Source: Mobula hypostoma (Eukaryota). Taken from it: a stretch of DNA of 64,000 bases. The notes under the pieces were generated by a model. That model worked only from the letters and a program-made list of their open reading frames with translations, made no database searches and was not told the origin of the DNA. Below, one piece after another: positions 14,041 to 29,293 of this stretch. The stretch spans positions 103,108,001 through 103,172,000 of the forward strand of contig NC_086097.1 in assembly GCF_963921235.1 (NCBI RefSeq). Reading direction: 5' to 3'. Position numbers and translations under genes: made by a program. Numbering within the stretch: the first letter of the stretch is position 1; every line of letters begins with the position of its first letter.

Positions 14041-15539
14041 CGGAGGCAGTGATTATAATGTGATAGACTTCACCCTGCAGTTTGAGAGGGAGAAGCTAAA
14101 GTGAGAGATCTCAGTATTACAGTGGAGTAAAGGGAATTACATGAGAGAGGAGCTGGCCAACATTGATTGGAAGGGGATATTAGCAGTGATGACGGCAGAA
14201 CAGCAATGAGGGCAATTTGGAAGGTGCAAGAGAGATGCATCTCAAAGATGAAGTATTCTAAAGGGAGGAAGAGCAACAGAGGCTTACAAGGGAAGTCAAA
14301 GACAGCATAAAAGCAAAAGAGAAGGCAAAAATACCAATAATATACAAGAGAATATCAAAAGTTTTTTTCCTAGATATCTAAAGAGTAAAAGAGGTGAGAG
14401 TAGATATCAGACTGCTGGATAATGACACTGGAAAGGTAGTGATGGGGGGCAACGAAATGATGGACAAACTTAAGTATTTTGCGTCAGTCTTCACTGTTGA
14501 AAACACGAGCAGTATGCCAGAAATTCAAGAGTGTCTGGGGGCAAAAAGTGAGTCAATTGCTAATGCTAAGGAGAAGGTGCTTAGGGAGCTGAAGGTCTGA
14601 AGGTAGCTAAGTCACTTGGACCAGAGGGACTACTCTCCAGGGTTCTGAATCAAGTCGCTGAAAAGACTGTGGAAGCATTAATGAAATGATCTTTTAAGAT
14701 TCACTAGATTCTGCAAAGGCTCTGAAGGACAGGAAAATTAAAAACTCCGCTTCACTCTTTAGGAAGGGAGGGAGGCAGAAGGAAGGATATTATAGGCCAG
14801 TTAGTCTGACCTCAGTGGTTGGGTAGGTGATGGAGTAGACTGCAAAGAATGTCGTTTCAGGGTACTTGGAGGCACATGGTAAAATAGGCTGTATGGTTTC
14901 ATGGTTTCCTTAAGGAGAAATCTTACCTAACAAACCTGTTGGAATTCTATGAGGAAATAAGACAGGATAGACAAAGGAGGCTCAGGGGATGTTGTTTACT
15001 TGGATTTCAGAAGGCCTTTGACAAGGTGCCACACAAGCTGCTAAACAAGATAAGAGTCCATGGTATGACAGGAAAGATATTGGCATAGATAGAAAGGCAG
15101 CTGACAGGAGACAAAAAGTGGGAATAAAGGGGGCCATTTCCGCTTGGCTAATGGTGATGAGTGAAGTTCTGCAGGGGTTACTGTTGGAACTGTTTCTTTT
15201 CAAGTTATGTATTAATGATTTGGATGACGAAATTGGTGGATTTGTGGCCGAGTTTGTGAATGATACAAAGATAGATGGGGTGGTAGTTAGTTTTGAGGAA
15301 GCAGGGAGCCTGCTGAACGACTTGGACAGGGAAAATGAGCTAAGAAGTGGCAGATGGAATAGAGTGTAGGGAAGTGTATAGTCATGTACTTTGGTAGAAG
15401 GAATAATAGTGTCGACTATTTTCTGGATGCAGTGCTGGCTCGAAGGGCTGAATGGCCTACTCCTGCACCTATTGTCTCTAAAGGATAACTCGCAGGTTGA
15501 GTTAATGGTATTACAGCATTCATTTCTAGAGGATTAGAA

Positions 15540-15746
15540 CTCCTGCTGCTGCCTGTAAGGAGTTTGTACGTTCTCCCCGTGACCGCGTGGTTTTCCTCCT
15601 ACAGTCCAAGGACGGACCAGTTGGTAGGTCAATTGGTCATTGTAAATTGTCCTGTGATTGGTCATTGTAAATGGTACTGTGATTAGGCTTGGTTAATTGG
15701 TCATTGTGATTAGGCTAGGGTTAAATTGGGGCATTGCTGGGCAGCA
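15540..15746 (+). mobile_element. V-SINE (HE1-like) fragment
   Basis: ggagtttgtacgttctccccgtgaccgcgtgg...cagtccaag...attggtcattgtaaattgtcc central V-domain; internal repeats of attggtcattgt. Confidence 0.75.
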
Positions 15747-16251
15747 GTTTTGGGCCCCTGATCAAAGAAAAGTTGTGCTGACTTTGGAGAGGGTCTTGAG
15801 GAAGTTCACAAGGAGGACTCTGTGAATGAAAGGGTTAATGTTTGAGGAGTGTTTTCATGGCTCTGGGCCTGTACTCACTGGAGTTTGGAAGAATGAGGGG
15901 GATCTCATTGAAACTAATTGAATATTGAAAGGCCTAGATAGAGTGGATAGGGAGAGGATATTTCCTATCGTGGGTGAATCTTGAAACGGAGGACATAGCT
16001 TCGGGATAGAGGGATGTCCATTTAGAAAAAAGATGAGGATTTTCTTTAGCCAGAGGGTAATGAATTGCCACAGACGGCTGTGGAGGGCAAGACATTGAGT
16101 AAATTTAAAGCTGTGGTTGATAGGTCCTGATTAGTCAGTGTCTTAAGGTTACAGAGAGAAGAAAGAAGAGTGGAATTGAGAGAGATAATAAAAAGCCAAG
16201 CAGAGCAGATTTGATGGGCTGAATAGCCTAATTCCACTCCTATGTCTTAGG

Positions 16252-16850
16252 CAATAGGTGCAGGAGTAGGCCATTCAGCCTTTCGAGCCAGCACCGCCAT
16301 TCACTGTGATCATGGCTGATCATCCACAATCAGTACCCTGTTCCTGTCTTCTCCCCATAACCTTTGATTCCGCTATCTTTAAGAGCTCTATCCATCTCTT
16401 TTTTGAAAGCATCCAGAGACTTGGCCTCCACTGCCTTCTGAGGCAGAGCATTCCACATATCCACCACTCTCTGGGAGAAAAAGTTTTTCCTCAACTCCGT
16501 TCTAAATGGCCTACCCCTTATTCTTAAACTGTGGCCTCTGGTTCTGGACTCATCCATCAGCGGGAACATGCTTCCTGCCTCCAGCGTGTTCAATCCCTTA
16601 ATAATCTTATATGTTTCAATCAGATCCCCTCTCATCCTTCTAAATTCCAGAGTATACAAGCCCAGTCGCTCCAATCTTTCAACATATGACAGTCCCGCCA
16701 TCCCGGGAATTAACCTTGTGAACCTCCACTGCACTCCCTCAATAGCAAGAATGTCCTTCCTCAAATTTGGAGACCAAAACTGCACACAATACTCCAGGTG
16801 TGGTCTCACCAGGACCCTGTGCAGCTGCAGAAGGACCTCTTTACTCCGAT
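16252..16850 (-). mobile_element. Young CR1 LINE 3' fragment
   Basis: Open ORF RPHLEYCVQFWSP...TRGHSLR...NFFSQRVV; tail-to-tail with the older + strand CR1. Confidence 0.92.
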
Positions 16851-16955
16851 ATTCATCTTGTAGTCTTGTATGTGTTTATATATTGCAAAGCCTGGAGCCC
16901 AGTCTCACTTTCAGCTTATTTTTATCAATCTATTCATCCTTTCATTAGGTATGTT

Positions 16956-18233
16956 CAGTGCCTTGAAAGGTATTCAGCACCCATAATTATTTTCACAATT
17001 TACTGTCTTTTTCTAAATTTCTTGAAGTAGGATTTTTTGAGCTAATCTACAAAACAATGTGCATCATGTCAAATCAAAAGAAAAATTCCAAAACCTGTCA
17101 AGAATTTTCTAAAAATTAAAAACCAAAATTGAGGCTGAAATAGTATTCATCCCTTTTGTAATTACTCTGCTAACTTTCCTCAGGTGCAATACTGTCAACT
17201 TACCAACTTATCCAATTTGTTGATGTAGAAAATTGGAGGATCACCTGATTTCAATGTGGCACCAACAGTCACTCTGAGCTGCAGAAGTCAGTGACTGCAA
17301 CTGGAGACGAAGTTCATGGCTCCACTATCTCTTAAGGTCTTGTACAAAAAGGTTGTTTATGGAACAGTGGCAAGGAAGAAACTCTGGCTTTAAAAAAAAA
17401 CATATCCTTGCCTGTAAAGACTTTGCAAAGCATCACTTAAAGATGTGGAAGAAGGTCTTGTGCTCAGATGAGATTAAAGTGGAACTTTTTGGCCTCAACA
17501 CTAAGTGGTCCATGTGGCATAAATCTAATGCTGCACATCAGCCAGGTAACACCATCCTGACTGTAAAGATTGATGGAGGTAGCATCATGCTATAGGGATG
17601 ATTTCAGCAGCAGGGACTTGAAATCTGGTCAAGATTGATGGGATTGATGAAAGTGAAATGCAAGTGGAATGCTAAATACAAAGAGATCCTGGCTAAAAAC
17701 CTGCTATTTTCTGCCAAAAAGTTTAAACTGGGGAGGAAGCTAATCTTTCAGCAGGACAATGACTCGGAGCACACTGCCAGAGCAACCATGGAGTGGCTTC
17801 AAATGAAGATAATTGATACCCTTAGAGTCTTGACCTCAACCTGATTGAACATCTCTGGCATTGCTGTCCATCGGTGCTCCCCAACTAAGCTGGTGCAGCC
17901 TGAACAATTTCGCAAGGAGGAATGGGCAAATCTTGCTCCGTCACATTGTGCAAAACTAATAGAGACTAATCCAAAACAATTGCTGGCTGTAATAGCTGCA
18001 AGAGGTGTTTCAACTAAGTACTGAGCAAAGGGGATGAATATTTTTGAACTGCTGATATTTTAGTTTTTGAATTTTTAGTTTTTCATGCTTTACACTTTTC
18101 GTGTCTTTCAGCTCTACTGTAAAAAAAAATCATGTAATTCACAAATCAAAATTCTCGGTTAAATTGATCAAAACCCCCAGTTGGAATATTCACTTATGTA
18201 AACAAAGGGTTTGGGGTGGAATACCTTTGCACT
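16956..18233 (+). mobile_element. Tc1-family transposon C (IR/DR type, internally deleted)
   Basis: CAGTGCCTTGAAAGGTATTCAGCACCC ... GGGTGGAATACCTTTGCACT; inner repeats agtattcatccctttt / aaaggggatgaata; motifs SDEIKVELFG, QQDND, DLNLIEHLW. Confidence 0.85.
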
Positions 18234-18536
18234 CCATATCCTTGCTATACTGATAGTCTCCTCTGCACTTAACTCCGTTGTCCTTTTAATTGTATGGCAA
18301 TCAGATCCAGAACAGTAAACTAGGCATAGTCTAACCAAAGAAAGTTCAAAACAGGTTTGCTTCAGGTTAATGACCTTGCTAGCTGGTAGTGTAATTTGTA
18401 GTAATTCGTGGATATGGTGGATTCCAAAGTCCTGTTATCATCTACCCCACCCAAACTTCCACCTTCTGACCAAATTGTATCATCCCACATTGGTGCTGAA
18501 TTTTATCAGTTATTTGCCATTCTGCAGGTTTATGAG

Positions 18537-18720
18537 CATAGGCCATTACAGCACGGTGCAGGCTCTTCAGCCCATGATGTTGTGCCAGCATTTTAACTAC
18601 TCTTAAGATCAATTTAATCCTTCCCTTCTACATCACCTTCCGTTTTTCTATCATCCATGTGCCTAGCTTAGAGTTTCTTAAATGCTCCAAATGTTTCCGC
18701 TTCTATCATCACCCCTGCCC
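18537..18720 (-). mobile_element. CR1 3' tail fragment
   Basis: tacagcacggtgcaggctcttcagcccatgatgttgtgcc resembles the tail at about 20065-20110. Confidence 0.6.
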
Positions 18721-18935
18721 TACCGGAGCCCAAACACCCTTGATCATTGCTACTAAAAATGTTCAAGTTCTTGGGTTAATTGGCTACTGCTGTTGGTTTC
18801 TAGTGTAAATGAATGTTGAATTTGAAGAGAGTTGATGGGACTCTGCAGAGAATAAAATGAGACTAGTGTGTGGATCTTGGTTTTGATAATTGGATTGTGT
18901 ATGGTCTAAATGTTTCTATTCTGTTTTGTTTATAG

Positions 18936-19760
<825 letters not shown>

Positions 19761-20045
19761 ATACAAAGATGCCTGAGGAGCTTGTCAGGTCCACAAAAGA
19801 TTTGGATGCAGATTGGATCTTGCAAAAAAAATCACCCATTTAATGCACTTTTAAAATAAAATGCAAGAGTGGTTTGGCTTCTAGTATTTGTTTTCACCAT
19901 GCAGTGATTATCCTTGCCTTTACCTGAGCCGAGCTGAAATTCTGAACTGAACAATATTAATAGAGTTGTCACTTTGCTCTTAAAGAACACCTTCACAATT
20001 TAGTTACCACAATGCACACTGGCTAAGGATATGATGCACTTCTTA

Positions 20046-22965
20046 CCATAGAAACCATAGAAACTACAGCACAGAAACAGGCCTTTTGGCCCTTCTTGGC
20101 CGTGCCGAACCATTTTCTGCCTTGTCCCACTGACCTGCACACGGACCATATCCCTCCATACACCTCCCATCCATGTATCCAATTTATTCTTAAATGTTAA
20201 AAAAGAACCAGCATTTACCACCTCATCTGGCAGCTCATTCCATACTCCCACCACTCTCTGTGTGAAGAAGCCCCCCCATAATGTTCCCTTTAAACTTTCC
20301 CCCCCTCACCCTTAACCCATGTCCTCTGGTTTTTTTCTCCCCTTGCCTCAGTGGAAATAATATCATAATTTTATATACTTCTATCAAATCTCCCCTCATT
20401 CTTCTACACTCCAGGGAATAAAGTCCTAACCTATTCAACCTTTCTCTGTAACTGAGTTTCTGAAGTCCCGGCAACATCCTTGTAAACCTTCTCTGCACTC
20501 TTTCAACCTTATTTATATCCTTCCTGTAATCTGGTGACCAAAATTGAACACAATACTCCAGATTCGGCCTCACCAATGCCTTATACAACCTCATCATAAT
20601 ATTCCAGCTCTTATACTCAATACTTTGATTAATAAAGGCCAACTTTCCCAAAGCTCTCTTTATGACCCTATCTACCTGTGACGCCACTTTTAGGGAATTT
20701 TGTATTTGTATTCCCAGATCCCTCTGTTCTACTGCACTCCTCAGTGCCTTACCATTAACCCTGTATGTTCCACCTTGGTTTGTCCTTCCAACGTGCAATA
20801 CCTCACACTTGTCTGTATTAAACTCCATCTGCCATTTTTCAGCCCATTTTTCCAGCTGGTCCAAGTCCCTCTGCAGGCTCTGAAAACCCTCCTCACTGTC
20901 TACTACACCTCCAGTCTTTGTATCATCAGCAAATTTGCTGATCCAATTTAGCACATTATCATCCAGATCATTGATATAGATGACAAATAACAATGGACCC
21001 AGCACTGATCCCTGTGGCACCCCACTAGTCACAGGCCTCCACTCAGAGAAGCAATTCTCTACTACCACTCTTTGGCTTCTTCCATTGAGCCAATGTCTAA
21101 TCCAATTTATCACCTCTCCATGTATACCTAGCGACTGAATTTTCCTAACTAACCTCCCATGCGGGACCTTGTCAAAGGCCTTACTGAAGTCCATGTAGAC
21201 AATATCCACTGCCTTCCCTTCATCCACTTTCCTGGTAACCTCCTCGAAAAACTCCCAATAGATTGGTCAAACATGACCTACCACGCACAAAGCCATGTTG
21301 ACTCTCCCTAATAAGTCTCTGTGTATCCAAATGCTTGTAGATTCTGTCTCTTAGTACTCCTTCCAATAACTTACCTACTACCGACGTTAAATTTACCGGC
21401 CTATAATTTCCCAGATTACTTTTCGATCCTTTTTTAAACAACGGAACAACATGAGCCACTCTCCAATCCTCCGGCACCTCACCCATAGACAGCGACATTT
21501 TAAATATTTCTGCCAGGGCCCCCGCAATTTCAACGCTAGTCTCCTTCAAGGTCTGAGGGAACACCCTGTCAAGTCCCGGGGATTTATCCACTTTAATTTT
21601 CCTCAAGACAGCAAGCACCTCCTCCTTTTCAATCTGTACAGTTTCCATGATCTCATTACTTGATTCTCTTAATTCCATAGACTTCATGCCAGTTTCCTTA
21701 GTAAATACAGATGCAAAAAACCTATTTAAGATCTCCCCCATTTCCTTTGGTTCCGCACATAGCAGACCACTCTGATCTTCAAGAGGACCAATTTTATCCC
21801 TTACAATCCTTTTGCTCTTAATATACCTATAAAAGCTCTTTGGATTATCCTTCACTTTGACTGCCAAGGCAACCTTATGTCTTCTTTTAGCCTTCCTGAT
21901 TACTTTCTTAAGTATTTTCTTGCACTTCTTGTACTCCTCAAGCACCTGATTTACTCCCTGTTTCCTATACAATTCATACAACTCCCTCTTCTTCTTTATC
22001 AGAGTTGCAATATCCCTTGAGAACCAAGGTTCCTTATTCCTATTTACTTTGCCTTTAATCCTGACAGGAACATACAAACTCTGCACTCTCAAAATTTCTC
22101 CTTTGAAGGCTTCCCACCTACCAACCACATCTTTGCCAGAGAACAACCTGTCCCAATCCACGCTTTTTAGATCCTTTCTCATTTCTTCAAATTTGGCCGC
22201 CTTCCAGTTCAGAACCTCAGCCCTAGGACCAGATCTATCCTTGTCCATGATCAAATTGAAACTAATGGTGTTATGATCACTGGAACCAAAGTGCTCCCCT
22301 ACACAGACTTCTGTCACTTGTCCTAACTCGTTTCCTAACAGGAGATCCAATATTGCATCCCCTCTAGTTGGTCCCTCTATATATTGATTTAGAAAACTTT
22401 CCTGAACACATTTTACAAACTGTAAACCATCTAGACCCCTAACAGTATGGGAGTCCCAATCAATATATGGAAAATTAAAATCCCCTACCACCACAACTTT
22501 ATGTTTTCTGCAGTTGCCTGCTATCTCTCTGCAGATTTGCTCTTCCAATTCTTGTTGACTATTGGGTGGTCTATAATACAATCCCACTAATGTGGCCATA
22601 CCTTTCCTGTTTCTCAGCTCCACCCATAAGGACTCAGTAGACAAGCCCTCTAATCTGTCCTGCCTGAGCACTGCTGTAATATTTTCCCTAACATGCAATG
22701 CTACTCCCCCACCTTCCATTCCTCTGCCTCGATCACATCTGAAACATCGGAACCCTGGAATATTAAGCTGCCAGTTCTGCCCCTCCTGTAGCCAAGTTTC
22801 ACTAATTGCTATAATGTCATAACTCCACGTGTCAATCCACGCCCTCAACTCATCCACCTTCCCCGCAATCCTCCTAGCATTGAAATATATACACCTCAGA
22901 AGATTTTTACCACCACTCACAACCTTTCTATTAGCGGATTTGCTTGAACTTTTAACATCATTTAT
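20046..22965 (-). mobile_element. CR1 LINE with nearly complete ORF2 (APE endonuclease and RT)
   Basis: ORFs of 614 and 330 aa joined by one frameshift near 21255; CIYFNAR, ISETWL, GDFNFP, SDHN, KFADDTK; (TTTCTATGG)n tail. Confidence 0.95.
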
Positions 22966-23503
22966 TTCTTGCTCAGCTGTTGTAGCTTGTATATTTCGTT
23001 CTGTTATAGCAGACTGCACCACACTTGATATAGCATGTGCCTCACATTCACCTCTTGCTGGCATGGCTACTTTGGTTATTCCTCAAGCCAGAGCAGGTTG
23101 CAAATGGCCACTGATGTAGAAAACTAGACCCATGGATTACCCCCATGGCTGCCTGATTTAATTCTGGAACACATTCTCTGTTTAGTTTAATTCCCATAAC
23201 TGGATGTCTAAAGTGATTGGAAGTCTGTAAAAACAATTAGGAAAAATTTTAAAATAATTAAAAACCTAACATTAATACTGAATTGTATAAATTCATTTCA
23301 AATTGTAATTTATATATTTAAATATCTGTAGTATTTTAAAAAAATACAGCATTCACTTGTTAAAGACTGGTGACTCCTTGCGAATGTTAGTGAAGCCATA
23401 TTTAAATATTGTGCTCACTTTTGGTCACCCTGTGATTTGGAAGATGCCAGTAATTTGGAAAGAGTGCAGAGGATATGTTGCTGGGACTTGAGGGACTGAG
23501 TTA

Positions 23504-25260
23504 GAAACATAGAAAATAGGTGCAGGAGTAGGCCATTCGGCCCTTCGAGCCTGCACCGCCATTTATTATGATCGTGGCTGATCATCCAACTCAGAACCTC
23601 GCCCCAGCCTTCCCTCCATACCCCCTGATCCCCATAGCCACAAGGGCCATATCTAACTCCCTCTTAAATATAGCCAATGAACTGACCTCAACTGTTTCCT
23701 GTGGCAGAGAATTCCACACATTCACCACTCTCTGTGTGAAGAAGTTTTTCCTAATCTCGGTCCTAAAAGGCTTCCCCTTTATCGTCAAGCTGTGACCCCT
23801 TGTTCTGGACTTCCCCAACATCGGGAACAATCTTCCTGCATCTAGCCTGTCCAATCCCTTTAGGATTTTATACGTTTCAATCAGATCCCCCCTCAATCTT
23901 CTAAATTCCAATGAGTACAAGCCCAGTTCATCCAGTCTTTCTTCATATGAAAGTCCTGCCATCCCAGGAATCAATCTGGTGAACCTTCTTTGTACTCCCT
24001 CTATGGCAAGGATGTCTTTCCTCAGATTAGGGGACCAAAACTGCACACAATACTCCAGGTGTGGTCTCACCAAGGCCTTGTACAACTGCAGTAGTACCTC
24101 CCTGCTCCTGTACTCGAATCCTCTCGCTATAAATGCCAGCATACCATTCGCCTTTTTCACCGCCTGCTGTACCTGCATGCCCACTTTCAATGACTGGTGT
24201 ATAATGACACCCAGGTCTCGTTGCACCTTCCCTTTTCCTAATCGGCCACCATTCAGATAATAATCTGTTTTCCTATTTTTGCCACCAAAGTGGATACCTT
24301 CATATTTATCCACATTAAATTGCATCTGCCATGAATTTGCCCACTCACCCAACCTATCCAAGTCACTCTGCATCCTCTTAGCATCCTCCTCACTGCTAAC
24401 ACTGCCACCCAGCTTCGTATCATCCGCAAACTTGGAGATGCTGCATTTAATTCCCTCATCCAAGTCATTAATATATATTGTAAACAACTGGGGTCCCAGC
24501 ACTGAGCCTTGCGGTACCCCACTAGTCACCGCCTGCCATTCTGAAAAGCTCCCGTTTATTCCCACTCTTTGCTTCCTGTCTGCTAACCAATTCTCCATCC
24601 ACATCAATACCTTACCCCCAATACCGTGTGCTTTAAGTTTGCACACTAATCTCCTGTGTGGGACCTTGTCAAAAGCCTTTTGAAAATCCAAATATACCAC
24701 ATCCACTGGTTCTCCCCTATCCACTCTACTAGTTACATCCTCAAAAAATTCTATGAGATTCGTCAGACATGATTTTCCTTTCACAAATCCATGCTGACTT
24801 TGTCCGATGATTTCACCGCTTTCCAAATGTGCTGTTATCACATCTTTGATAACTGACTCCAGCAGTTTCCCCACCACCGACGTTAGGCTAACCGGTCTAT
24901 AATTCCCCGGTTTCTCTCTCCCTCCTTTTTTAAAAAGTGGGGTTACATTAGCCACCCTCCAATCCTCAGGAACTAGCCCAGAATCTAACGAGTTTTGAAA
25001 AATTATCACTAATGCATCCACTATTTCTTGGGCTACTTCCTTAAGCACTCTAGGATGCAGACCATCTGGCCCTGGGGATTTATCTGCCTTCAATCCCTTC
25101 AATTTACCTAACACCACTTCCCTACTAACAAGTATTTCGCTCAGTTCCTCCATCTCACTGGACCCTCTGTCCCCTACTATTTCTGGAAGATTATTTATGT
25201 CCTCCTTAGTGAAGACAGAACCAAAGTAATTATTCAATTGGTCTGCCATGTCCTTGGAGA
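23504..25260 (-). mobile_element. Young 5'-truncated CR1 LINE with an uninterrupted 552-aa RT frame
   Basis: ORF 23591-25249; TSD GAGTTA (23498-23503 / 25261-25266); inserted into an old + strand CR1 remnant at about 23385-25304. Confidence 0.95.
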
Positions 25261-25304
25261 GAGTTATGGAGAGAAGTTGAGCAGCTTGGCACTTTATTCA
25301 TTGG

Positions 25305-25431
25305 GATCCTTATGTAGAGTCTCAGCCCGAAACATTGACTTTTCCATTGATGCTGTCTGGCCTGCTGAATTCCTCCAGCATTTTGTGTCTGTTGCTTTGG
25401 ATTTCCAGCATTTGCAGATTTTCTCGTGTTT
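25305..25431 (+). mobile_element. Solo Penelope terminal (pLTR) fragment starting at a degenerate hammerhead
   Basis: cttatgt-agagtctcagccc-gaaa-cattgact followed by gatgctg..cctgctgaattcctccagcattttg..tttccagcatttgcag. Confidence 0.75.
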
Positions 25432-25443
25432 GTTATTTATTTA

Positions 25444-25448
<5 letters not shown>

Positions 25449-25478
<30 letters not shown>
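25449..25478. repeat. (TG)n microsatellite
   Basis: About 15 TG units, roughly 100 nt upstream of the exon at 25582. Confidence 0.95.
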
Positions 25479-25485
<7 letters not shown>

Positions 25486-25581
25486 GAGATAGTATTCTCT
25501 GTGACTATTCCAGAGTAACTGTCCTGTTATTGCATTGTTACATTTTTCATTATCCTGACTTGGTTTTTCTTTGTTCTGTAG

Positions 25582-25740
<159 letters not shown>

Positions 25741-26234
25741 TAAGTACAATATTGTTAGTATATTTTTCCTACACTGATCGAGAGTTTGAATGTGTGAGGA
25801 GAATGTTTAACATTGGCTTACCAGTCATATAGTGCATCATAATTCAGACAATGTTCTTTCAAGAAGCACAATCATACAGATCAGGATAAGTCAACTTTGT
25901 GTTGAGCCATATACTCCATAAGAAATACATTAAATGATTTACTGTAATCTTGTCGAAGTTATGCATTCTCTTGTATTTTGCGTTTTGGCAAGAGAGATTG
26001 TTATTACAACTCGCTTTGAATTTCATGTTTTGTTTTGAGTTAATGAAGAATAATGCTATAATTCCTTATTAAACAATTGGTTGGTTTAAGGAATAGATTG
26101 GTTTGAGTGTAATATACTAGGGAATTCTAACTAAAATGCAGTTGATGTACCCTAATGGACTTAATTAAAGGAGGTCAATTATGGATGATATTTAATTTCT
26201 TTGTAAATTATTTTACTGTTGTGCCTTTGACTAA

Positions 26235-28706
26235 TGCTTTAAATGTGATGAACTGAGAGCTTGGATACATACATGGAATTATGTTGTAGTGGCCATTACA
26301 GAGACTTGGCTGGCACCAGGGCAGGAATGGATTCTCAATATTCCTGGATTTCAGTGCTTTAAAAAGGATAGAGAGGGGGGAAAAGGGGAGGAGGGGTGAC
26401 ATTACTGGTCAGGGATACTATTATAGCTACAGAAAGGGTGGGTAATGTAGCAGGATCCTCTTTTGAGTCAGTATGGGTGGAAGTCAGGAACAGGAAGGGA
26501 GCAGTTACTCTATTGAGAGTATTCTGCAGGCCCCCTGGTAGCAGCAGAGATACCGAGGAGCAGATTGGGAGGCAGATTTTGGAAAGGTGTAGAAATAACA
26601 GGGTTGTTATCATGGGTAACTTTAACTTCCCTAATATTGATTGGCACCTGATTAGTTCCAAGGGTTTGGACGGGGCAGAGTTTGTTATGTGTGTCCAGGA
26701 TGGATTCCTGTCACAGTATGTTGACAGGCCGACTCGGGGGAATGCCATACTAGATCTAGTATTAGGTAACAAATCGGGTCAGGTCACAGATCTCTCATTG
26801 GGTGAGCATCTGGGGGACAGTGATCACTGCTCCCTGGCCTTCGACATTATCGTGGAAAAGGATAGAATCAGAGAGGACAGGAACATTTTTAATTGGGGAA
26901 GGGCAAATTATGAGGCTATAAGGCTAGAACTTGCGGGTGTGAATTGGGATGATGTTCTTGCAGGGAAATGTACTATGGACATGTGGTCAATGTTTAGAGA
27001 TCTCTTGCAGGATGTTAGGGATAAATTTGTCCCGGTGAGGAAGATAAAGAATGGTAGGGTGAAGGAACCATGGGTGACAAGTGAGGTGGAAAATCTAGTC
27101 AGGTGGAAGAAGGCAGCATACATGAAGTTTAGGAAGCAAGGATCAGATGGGTCTATTGAGGAATATAGGGAAGCAAGAAAGGAACTTAAGGGGCTGAGAA
27201 GAGCAAGAAAGGGGCATGAGAAGTCTTTGGCGAGTAGGGTAAAGGAAAACTCCAAGGCATTCTTCTTCAATTATGTGAAGAACAAAAGGATGACTTGGAG
27301 TGAAGCTAGGACTGATTAGAGATAAATGTGGGAAGATGTGCCTGGAGGCTGTGGAAGTGAACGAGATCCTCAATCCTCAATACTTCTCTTTGGTATTCAC
27401 CAGTGAGTGGGAATTTGATGACGGTGAGGACAATACGAATGAGGTTGATGTGCTGGAGCATGTTGATATTAAGGGAGAGGAGGTGTTGGAGTTGTTAAAA
27501 TACATTAGGACAGATAAGTCCCCGGGCCCTGACAGTATATTCCCCAGGCTGCTCCACGAGGCGAGGGAAGAGATTACTGAGCCTCTGGCTAGGATCTTTA
27601 TGTCCTCGTTGTCTATGGGAATGGTACCGGAGGATTGGAGGGAGGCGAATGTTGTTCCCTTGTTCAAAAAGGTAGTAGGGATGGTCCAGGTAATTATAGA
27701 CCAGTGAGCCTTACGTCTGTGGTGGAAAAGATTCTTAGATTCTGTGGGCATTTAGAGAATCATGGTCTGATCAGGGACGGTCAGCATGGCTTTGTGAAGG
27801 GCAGATCGTGTCTAACCTGATAGAATTCTTTGAGGAGATGACCAGGCATATAGATGAGGGTAGTGCAGTGGATGTGATCTACATGGATTTTAGTAAGGCA
27901 TTTGACAAGGTTCCACATGGTAGGCTTATTCAGAAAGTCAGAAGGCATGGGATCCAAGGAAGTTTGGCCAGGTGGATTCAGAATTGGCTTGCCTGCAGAA
28001 GGCAGAGGGTGGTGGTGGAGAGAGTACATTCAGATTGGAGGATTGTGACTAGTGGTGTCCCACAAGGATCTGTTCTGGGACCTCTACTTTTCGTGATTTT
28101 TGTTGACGACCTGGATGTGGGGGTAGAAGGGTGGGTTGGCAAGTTTGCAGACGACACAAAGGTTGGTGGTGTTGTAGATAGTGAAGAGGATTGTCGAAGA
28201 TTGCAGAGAGACATTGATAGGATGCAGAAGTGGGCTGAGAAATGGCAGATGGAGTTCAACCCGGAGAAGTGTGAGGTGGTACACTTTGGAAGGACAAATT
28301 CCAAGGCAGAGTACAAAGTAAATGCAGGATACTTGGTAGTGTGGAGGAGCAGAGGGATCTGGGGGAACATGTCTGCCGATCCCTGAAAGCTGCCTCAGAG
28401 GTAGATAGGGTAGTTAAAAAAGCTTATGCGGTGTTAGCTTTCATAAGTCGAAGGATAAAGTTTAAGAGTCGCGAGGTAATGATGCAGCTCTATAAAACTC
28501 TGGTTAGGCCACACTTGGAGTACTGTATCCATTTCTGCTCGCCTCACTATAGGAAGGATGTGGAAGCATTGGAAAGGGTACAGAGAAGATTTGCCAGGAT
28601 GCTACCAGGTTTAGAGAGTATGGATTATGATCAGAGTTTAAGGGAGCTAGGGCCATACTCTTTGGAGAGGAGGAGGATGAGAGGAGACATGATGGAGGTG
28701 TACAAG
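26235..28706 (+). mobile_element. CR1 LINE ORF2 (EN and RT, frameshifted); 3' end cut off at the Gypsy LTR
   Basis: ITETWL, GNFNFP, SDHC, DFSKAFDKVPH, KFADDTK, RPHLEYC; homology stops at MEVYK|TGTAAC. Confidence 0.93.
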
Positions 28707-29293
28707 TGTAACGTTCAGTTATATTGGCTCGTATATGTCTAGGGGAAATCCCACCCAGCACCTGCCTCAACGCTTCCCACGGGATCGGTTGCCGCTCGAA
28801 TCAATCCCAAACATCAAACATCAGCCAGCACACGCAGTACGTTTTACCAAGCACACTTTATAGATATTACTAATTCTATGATATTAATATAAATTCGATA
28901 CAGAAAAGGAAGTAATGAAAAAAAAGGCGCCAACACTTATCAAAGTCCAAGTTCTTTGCGCGCAACCGTTGGAGCTCATTCGATTCCGGACGACCACCCA
29001 GATCCTGTCGACTCATGGCTCGGGACCACCCGAAGTGATGGACCAGAGCCTTTCCGCACGTCCGACGTCCTCCTCTTCTCTGCTCTGACTCCCCGCCAAA
29101 AACCCTATCCGCCATCATATGATACAGCATTATATCCGAAAACAAAATGATACATGACCACCCATTGGCTAGTAGCACCCTGCTATCTATAATAACCCAA
29201 GCAACTGTCTAGCCAGAGACTTCCTCAGCATTCCCAAGTATAACATAACAAAGAAGCCATTTTAAATTTAACAAAAAAGAAAGACCCCGTATA
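28707..29293 (-). repeat. 3' LTR of Gypsy element
   Basis: Begins TGTAAC on +; abuts a minus-strand polypurine tract GGTGGCGGGAGAG (29294-29306); the inner terminus is slightly mutated. Confidence 0.75.

Larger units (their letters stand above)
12300..16250 (+). mobile_element. Old CR1 LINE, fragmented by PLE and SINE insertions
   Basis: Decayed EN and RT motifs (YRPVSLTSVVG, DFxKAFDKVPH, INDLDD) and CR1 3' tail at about 16190-16250. Confidence 0.85.

Noticed and set aside
15620..15720. Repeated attggtcattgt units as a CRISPR-like array
   Set aside because: Irregular slippage duplications inside a SINE in eukaryotic DNA; no unique spacers or cas genes
23591..25249. 552-aa RT ORF as a domesticated gene
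   Set aside because: 5'-truncated with CR1 tail and TSD; youth explains the open frame
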